This document shows, one piece after another, positions 39,338-43,959 of a stretch of 43,959 bases of DNA. The notes beneath the pieces are model-generated. The model did not search any database. It saw only the letters and a program-made list of their open reading frames with translations, and was not told the DNA's origin. Numbering within the stretch: the stretch's first letter is position 1; the number at the start of each line of letters is the position of its first letter. This DNA is from a virus (lineage: Duplodnaviria > Heunggongvirae > Uroviricota > Caudoviricetes), in the IMG/VR virus record IMGVR_UViG_2925914267_000003, positions 1-43,959 of that record, one strand, 5' to 3'. The position numbers and the translations under genes are program-made.

Positions 39338-41809
39338 ATGAGTAAAGTCTTTATTTGCGCCGCCATTCCGGACGAACAGGCAATAAAGGAAGAAGGTGCA
39401 GTCGCTGTAGCCACTGCCATTGAAGCTGGTGATGAACGTCGCGCCCGCGCAAAATTTCACTGGCAATTCCTGGAACATTATCCGGCTGCTCAGGACTGCG
39501 CTTATAAATTTCTTGTTTGCGAGGATAAACCCGGTATACCCCGCCCTGCCCTCGATTCCTGGGATGCTGAATATATGCAGGAAAACCGCTGGGATGAGGA
39601 GTCTGCTTCCTTTGTCCCGGTTGAGACTGAATCAGATCCGATGAACGTCACTTTTGACAAGCTGGCCCCTGAAGTACAGAACGCTGTCATGGTTAAGTTC
39701 GACACATGTGAAAATATCACCGTTGATATGGTGATTAGCGCGCAGGAATTGTTGCAGGAAGACATGGCAACATTCGACGGACATATCGTTGAAGCGTTGA
39801 TGAAAATGCCAGAAGTTAACGCCATGTATCCGGAGCTTAAGCTGCATACCATCGGGTGGGTTAAGCATAAATGTAAGCCTGGTGCCAAATGGCCCGAAAT
39901 TCAGGCAGAGATGCGCATCTGGAAAAAACGTCGCGAAGGTGAACGCAAGGAAACCGGAAAATACACGTCTGTTGTTGATCTCGCCCGCGCCAGAGCCAAT
40001 CAACAGAACACTGAAAATTCAACAGGAAAAATCAACCCGGCCATTGCTGCCACTCATCGCGAATACAAGCAGACATGGAAAACACTGGATGATGAACTGG
40101 CCTACGCTCTGTGGCCTGGTGACATTGATGCCGGAAACATTGACGGCAGCATCCATCGCTGGGCAAAAAATGAAGTTATCAACAACGACCGCGAAGACTG
40201 GAAGCGTATCTCGGCATCAATGCGCAAACAGCCTGATGCCCTTCGCTACGACCGCCAGACTATTTTTGGCCTTGTCCGTGAGCGTCCGATCGACATTCAC
40301 AAAGACCCTGTGGCACTGAACAAATACATTACTGAATACCTGACTACAAAGGGCGTGTTTGAAGATGAAGGAACAAATCAGATCGCAACTGATACTCTCT
40401 CGTCGCCAGTACCAGAAACTGATGCAGTGGAAACGGCAATTCCGGACAACGAAAAAACCGAATGCAAAGTGGAAGTCGAACCATCTGTAGAGCGTGAGGG
40501 GCCGTTCTACTTCCTCTTCACCGACAAGGATGGCGAAAAATACGGTCGCGCAAACAAACTTTCTGGTCTGGATAAGGCACTGGCTGCCGGGGCTACTGAA
40601 ATCACGAAAGAAGAATATTTCGTCCGCAAAAACGGTACATACTCAGGTTCACAACAAAATACTGGTGCATCTGACACGACCGCACAACCAGGGCCGGTAA
40701 AAGTTACCGCTGACGAAGTAAACAACATTATGCAGGCAGCCAATATCAGCCAGCCTGACGCCGATGAACTGCTTGCAGTATCACGTGGTGAATTTGTTGC
40801 AGGGATTAGCGATCCGAATGATCCGAAATGGGTGAAGGGGATTGAAACCCGCGATTCTGTGAACCAGAACCAGCAAGAAACGGAACAGAACGGCCAGAAA
40901 GCGGAACAAAACAGCCCAAATACTCAACAAAACGAACCAGAAACGAAACAACCTGAACCAGTAGCGCAACAGGAACCGGAAAAGATCTGCACCGCCTGCG
41001 GTCAGAGCGATGGCGGCAACTGCCCTGATTGTGGCGCGGTGATGGGCGACGCAACATACCAGGAAACATTCAATGAAGAGAATCAGGTTGAAGTTCAGGA
41101 AAATGATCCGGAGGAAATGGAAGGCGCTGAACATCCACACAAGGAGAATGCTGACAGGTATCAGGACCACGCCAGCGATAATGAAACTGGCGAGGCGACA
41201 GCTCCCTTAATTAATGTGAACGGTCATCACGAAATCACATCCACCAGCAGAGTGTGGCACCATCTGATGATCGACCTTGAAACGATGGGAAAAAATCCTG
41301 ATGCGCCAATCAACTCTATTGGCGGTAAGTTTTTTGATCCAGTAACCGGAGAGATGGGGCCGGAATTTAGCAAGACCATCGATCTGGAAACAGCTGGCGG
41401 AGTCATTGATCGTGACACCATTAAATGGTGGCTTAAGCAATCACGCGAGGCGCAATCTGCCATTCTGACCGATGAAATCCCGTTAGATGATGCACTACTG
41501 CAATTGCGGGAATTTATCGCCGAAAACTCCGGTGAATTTTTTGTTCAGATCTGGGGAAATGGAGCCAACTTCGACAACACGATTTTGCGCCGTTCATACG
41601 AACGGCAGGGGATCCCCTGCCCGTGGCGTTACTACAACGATCGCGATGTACGCACAATCGTTGAGCTGGGGAAAGCCATAGGCTTCGATGCCAGAACGGC
41701 TATTCCATTCGAAGGTGAGCGCCATAATGCACTTGATGACGCTCGTCACCAGGCAAAATACGTTTCAGCTATCTGGCAAAAACTGATCCCGAATCAGGCT
41801 GATTTTTAA
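39338..41809 (+). CDS. large prophage exonuclease with C-terminal DEDDh 3'-5' exonuclease domain
   Basis: 823-aa ORF; C-terminal DnaQ-like motifs (MIDLETMG ; WGNGANFDNTIL ; HNALDDARHQAKY); long acidic low-complexity N-terminal/central part with a CxxC...CxxC ribbon. Confidence 0.6.
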   Translation: MSKVFICAAIPDEQAIKEEGAVAVATAIEAGDERRARAKFHWQFLEHYPAAQDCAYKFLVCEDKPGIPRPALDSWDAEYMQENRWDEESASFVPVETESDPMNVTFDKLAPEVQNAVMVKFDTCENITVDMVISAQELLQEDMATFDGHIVEALMKMPEVNAMYPELKLHTIGWVKHKCKPGAKWPEIQAEMRIWKKRREGERKETGKYTSVVDLARARANQQNTENSTGKINPAIAATHREYKQTWKTLDDELAYALWPGDIDAGNIDGSIHRWAKNEVINNDREDWKRISASMRKQPDALRYDRQTIFGLVRERPIDIHKDPVALNKYITEYLTTKGVFEDEGTNQIATDTLSSPVPETDAVETAIPDNEKTECKVEVEPSVEREGPFYFLFTDKDGEKYGRANKLSGLDKALAAGATEITKEEYFVRKNGTYSGSQQNTGASDTTAQPGPVKVTADEVNNIMQAANISQPDADELLAVSRGEFVAGISDPNDPKWVKGIETRDSVNQNQQETEQNGQKAEQNSPNTQQNEPETKQPEPVAQQEPEKICTACGQSDGGNCPDCGAVMGDATYQETFNEENQVEVQENDPEEMEGAEHPHKENADRYQDHASDNETGEATAPLINVNGHHEITSTSRVWHHLMIDLETMGKNPDAPINSIGGKFFDPVTGEMGPEFSKTIDLETAGGVIDRDTIKWWLKQSREAQSAILTDEIPLDDALLQLREFIAENSGEFFVQIWGNGANFDNTILRRSYERQGIPCPWRYYNDRDVRTIVELGKAIGFDARTAIPFEGERHNALDDARHQAKYVSAIWQKLIPNQADF

Positions 41810-41870
41810 TGTTCAACCGTCGCCAGTTGTCGTTGGTATTCTGCAACTGGCGCGTTCCGGAGTGATAGCC

Positions 41871-42140
41871 ATGAGCGAACAGTACCTGATAACGCTCGAC
41901 GAGTGGAAACCAAAACGGTTCAGTCTCCCAATAACAAACACTACCCTGGTGAAATACGGAAAACTAGGATACATCGTTCCAAGACCACAAAAAATTCGTG
42001 GGCGTTGGCTGATAGATCGCCGGGCAGTATTTGTTGGACCTGGTGAAACGGGAATTGCGCCAGAAATTCATACTGGCGATGATAATGCACTGAAGGAGAT
42101 TTTAACTCATGTCACCGAGGCCACGAAAAAACAGCACTGA
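41871..42140 (+). CDS. excisionase-like protein
   Basis: track ORF trimmed to ATG (MSEQYLITLDEWKPKRF...); immediately upstream of and overlapping int; Xis-like YLTL.EW segment. Confidence 0.5.
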   Translation: MSEQYLITLDEWKPKRFSLPITNTTLVKYGKLGYIVPRPQKIRGRWLIDRRAVFVGPGETGIAPEIHTGDDNALKEILTHVTEATKKQH

Positions 42141-43236
42141 CGTAGCCGGTCTTTACGAAAAGTTTGATCGCAGAACTGGCAGGGTTTACTACCAGTATAA
42201 AAACCCTGTGACTGGAAAATTTCACGGTCTCGGAACAGACAAAGGCAAAGCAGAAAAAATCGCTTCCACAGCCAATCAGCGAATAGCTGCAGCAGAAGCT
42301 GAATATTTCATGCGCAAAATTGATGAAAGTCCGTCAGCAACAAAACGTCGGGGTATCAGATTAAAGGCATGGGTTGATCGATATCTGAAAATACAGGACA
42401 CGCGACTGAAAAATGGAGATATTGCAGCTACAACTCACAAAGAAAAAACTCGAATGGCTGCATACCTGGTTTCCCGTCTGGGAAACCACCCATTGAAAGA
42501 ACTGGAAGTAAGAGACTTTGCATTAATACTGGATGAGTGGCTGGATAAAGACATGGTCAGTACAGCGAGAGTAAATCGCGGATTATGGGTTGATATTTAT
42601 AAAGAAGCACAGCATGCAGGGGAAGTTCCTCCTGGATGGAATCCTCCGGAGGCCACCCGTAAACCGATCCCTAAAGTAACCAGAGCCAGACTCACCCTGG
42701 AAGACTGGCAAAAAATTTACAACGCAACGCCTGAAAAACACTTTATCCGTAACGCAATGCTCCTTGCGATTGTTACTGGTCAGCGCCGTGATGACATTTG
42801 CCACATGCGTTTTTCAGATGTGTGGAACGAACACTTGCATATCACCCAGGGAAAAACCGGAATGCGTCTGGCGTTACCGCTTACACTACGCTGTGATGCT
42901 ATTGGGATAACGTTAAAAGAAGTTATTGATGGGTGCCGAGACAGAATATTAAGTCCATATCTAATCCATAGTCGGCACCAGAAACAACCAAAGCCGATGA
43001 GTAAAGACAACCTGAGCGACTACTTCGCCAAAGCACGGGATCTGGCTGGGATAATTCCACCAGCAGGAAAAACTCCGCCAACATTTCATGAACAACGCTC
43101 CCTGTCAGAACGACTGTACCGTGCGCAGGGTATTGATACAAAAACATTACTGGGACATAAAGTTCAGGCAACCACCGATCGTTATAACGATACTCGTGGT
43201 CAGGAATGGGTTAAATGGGTTAAATTGGTTATTTAA
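42109..43236 (+). CDS. int: tyrosine integrase (lambda Int family)
   Basis: 375-aa ORF at the prophage end; catalytic-domain features (R...HxxR...Y region: LLGHKVQATTDRYNDTRGQEW) and overall lambda-Int-like layout. Confidence 0.9.
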   Translation: MSPRPRKNSTDVAGLYEKFDRRTGRVYYQYKNPVTGKFHGLGTDKGKAEKIASTANQRIAAAEAEYFMRKIDESPSATKRRGIRLKAWVDRYLKIQDTRLKNGDIAATTHKEKTRMAAYLVSRLGNHPLKELEVRDFALILDEWLDKDMVSTARVNRGLWVDIYKEAQHAGEVPPGWNPPEATRKPIPKVTRARLTLEDWQKIYNATPEKHFIRNAMLLAIVTGQRRDDICHMRFSDVWNEHLHITQGKTGMRLALPLTLRCDAIGITLKEVIDGCRDRILSPYLIHSRHQKQPKPMSKDNLSDYFAKARDLAGIIPPAGKTPPTFHEQRSLSERLYRAQGIDTKTLLGHKVQATTDRYNDTRGQEWVKWVKLVI

Positions 43237-43416
43237 TAAGATATTTGCCATAAAAACATAATTGCCATCTTGAATGTATACTGATAGTATGATTCGAATT
43301 TAAACTTGCACTGTCGTTTAACTTATGCGGGAGAATAGGAGATTTACTATGCTTTGTATTTCTTATCAGCACAATGAAATTCTCCCATAGTAATGAATAA
43401 CATTAGTACACAGATA

Positions 43417-43959
43417 TCATAAATTAATAACATCCGCATTAAAATATGTTGAAAAATCTGATTTATACTTTGATAAACTTAACAATGAATGATGTAACTC
43501 CCTTTTGAACCACTTATCCTGGTTAATTCCTAAAGCCACTAGCTTATCAAAAGGATTAGATGAAGATATAAAATCTCGCTTAAAATCTGCAACTCCAGAT
43601 GTCTTGCATTTACAAAACGAAGCGATCAATTTATTTAAAGTTACAGAGCAGCAATACGCGATTTCCTCTTCGAAATTTCTGGTCTGTTGCAATAAAAAAA
43701 TCGAATGTTTTCTGCTTGCTAAGTAATTAACATTCTGAATAAATCTATCAACCCTATCAATAACATCACTATCAAAAACAACTATTAAATCACAATTTTT
43801 AGGTATGTTAACTGCATATTTCTTTATATCATCAACCCAAAAATTCTTCTTGACAATTTTTTTGAATTTAATCAAACCTTTTTGCTTCATCTTTTGAAAC
43901 AAGGCATACTCTGTTTCACCTTCAACAAAAATAATTTTTGCGTTCTGATTTTTTGACAT
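43417..43959 (-). CDS. RloB-like Toprim-domain protein (AbiLii-like), AT-rich
   Basis: 180-aa ORF starting at the last base of the window; N-terminal IIFVEGETEYALF and later VVFDSD resemble the two Toprim acidic motifs of RloB/OLD-family proteins; very AT-rich unlike the prophage. Confidence 0.45.
   Translation of the reverse strand: MSKNQNAKIIFVEGETEYALFQKMKQKGLIKFKKIVKKNFWVDDIKKYAVNIPKNCDLIVVFDSDVIDRVDRFIQNVNYLASRKHSIFLLQQTRNFEEEIAYCCSVTLNKLIASFCKCKTSGVADFKRDFISSSNPFDKLVALGINQDKWFKRELHHSLLSLSKYKSDFSTYFNADVINL

Overview
This window is essentially one near-complete lambdoid prophage (about 42 kb, roughly 700-43240), lying inverted relative to the window, plus one flanking gene at each end. 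From left to right: tail-fibre genes (tfa, stf, lom, J), tail genes (I, K, L, M, H, G/T, V, U, Z), head genes (FII, FI, E, D, C/Nu3, B, W), terminase (A, Nu1), an uncut cos site (~23.85-23.90 kb), late-region small genes and a lysis cassette with a T5-type M15 peptidase endolysin, a tightly packed four-tRNA array bracketed by terminators, a Q-like antiterminator, RusA and a nin-like accessory block carrying a Doc-family toxin and a Hok-family toxin, a DnaT-domain initiator with internal ori iterons plus DnaC-like loader, a YdaS/YdaT-like early pair, a leaderless DicA/RacR-like repressor flanked by two pairs of 12-bp palindromic operators, a dicF-dicB-ydfD cell-division-inhibition operon, a large DEDDh exonuclease, xis-like and tyrosine integrase. 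The morphogenesis proteins match phage lambda almost residue for residue, while the early and immunity region looks like the Rac/Qin cryptic prophages of E. coli, so the element is a mosaic; all these identifications are from memory, not database searches. I found no unambiguous, clearly novel multi-gene system. The best candidates for something undescribed are (i) the Doc-family toxin with an unrecognised upstream partner next to hok (30.58-31.64 kb), (ii) an unknown 212-aa protein plus convergent small gene between the PL-side ydfA-like gene and dicF (37.46-38.30 kb), and (iii) an AT-rich RloB-like Toprim gene cut by the window end (43.42-43.96 kb), whose expected ATPase partner would lie outside the window. 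Coordinates of non-CDS features are read by eye and may be off by 1-2 nt. The ORF track uses alternative start codons, so several track starts were trimmed to internal ATGs.
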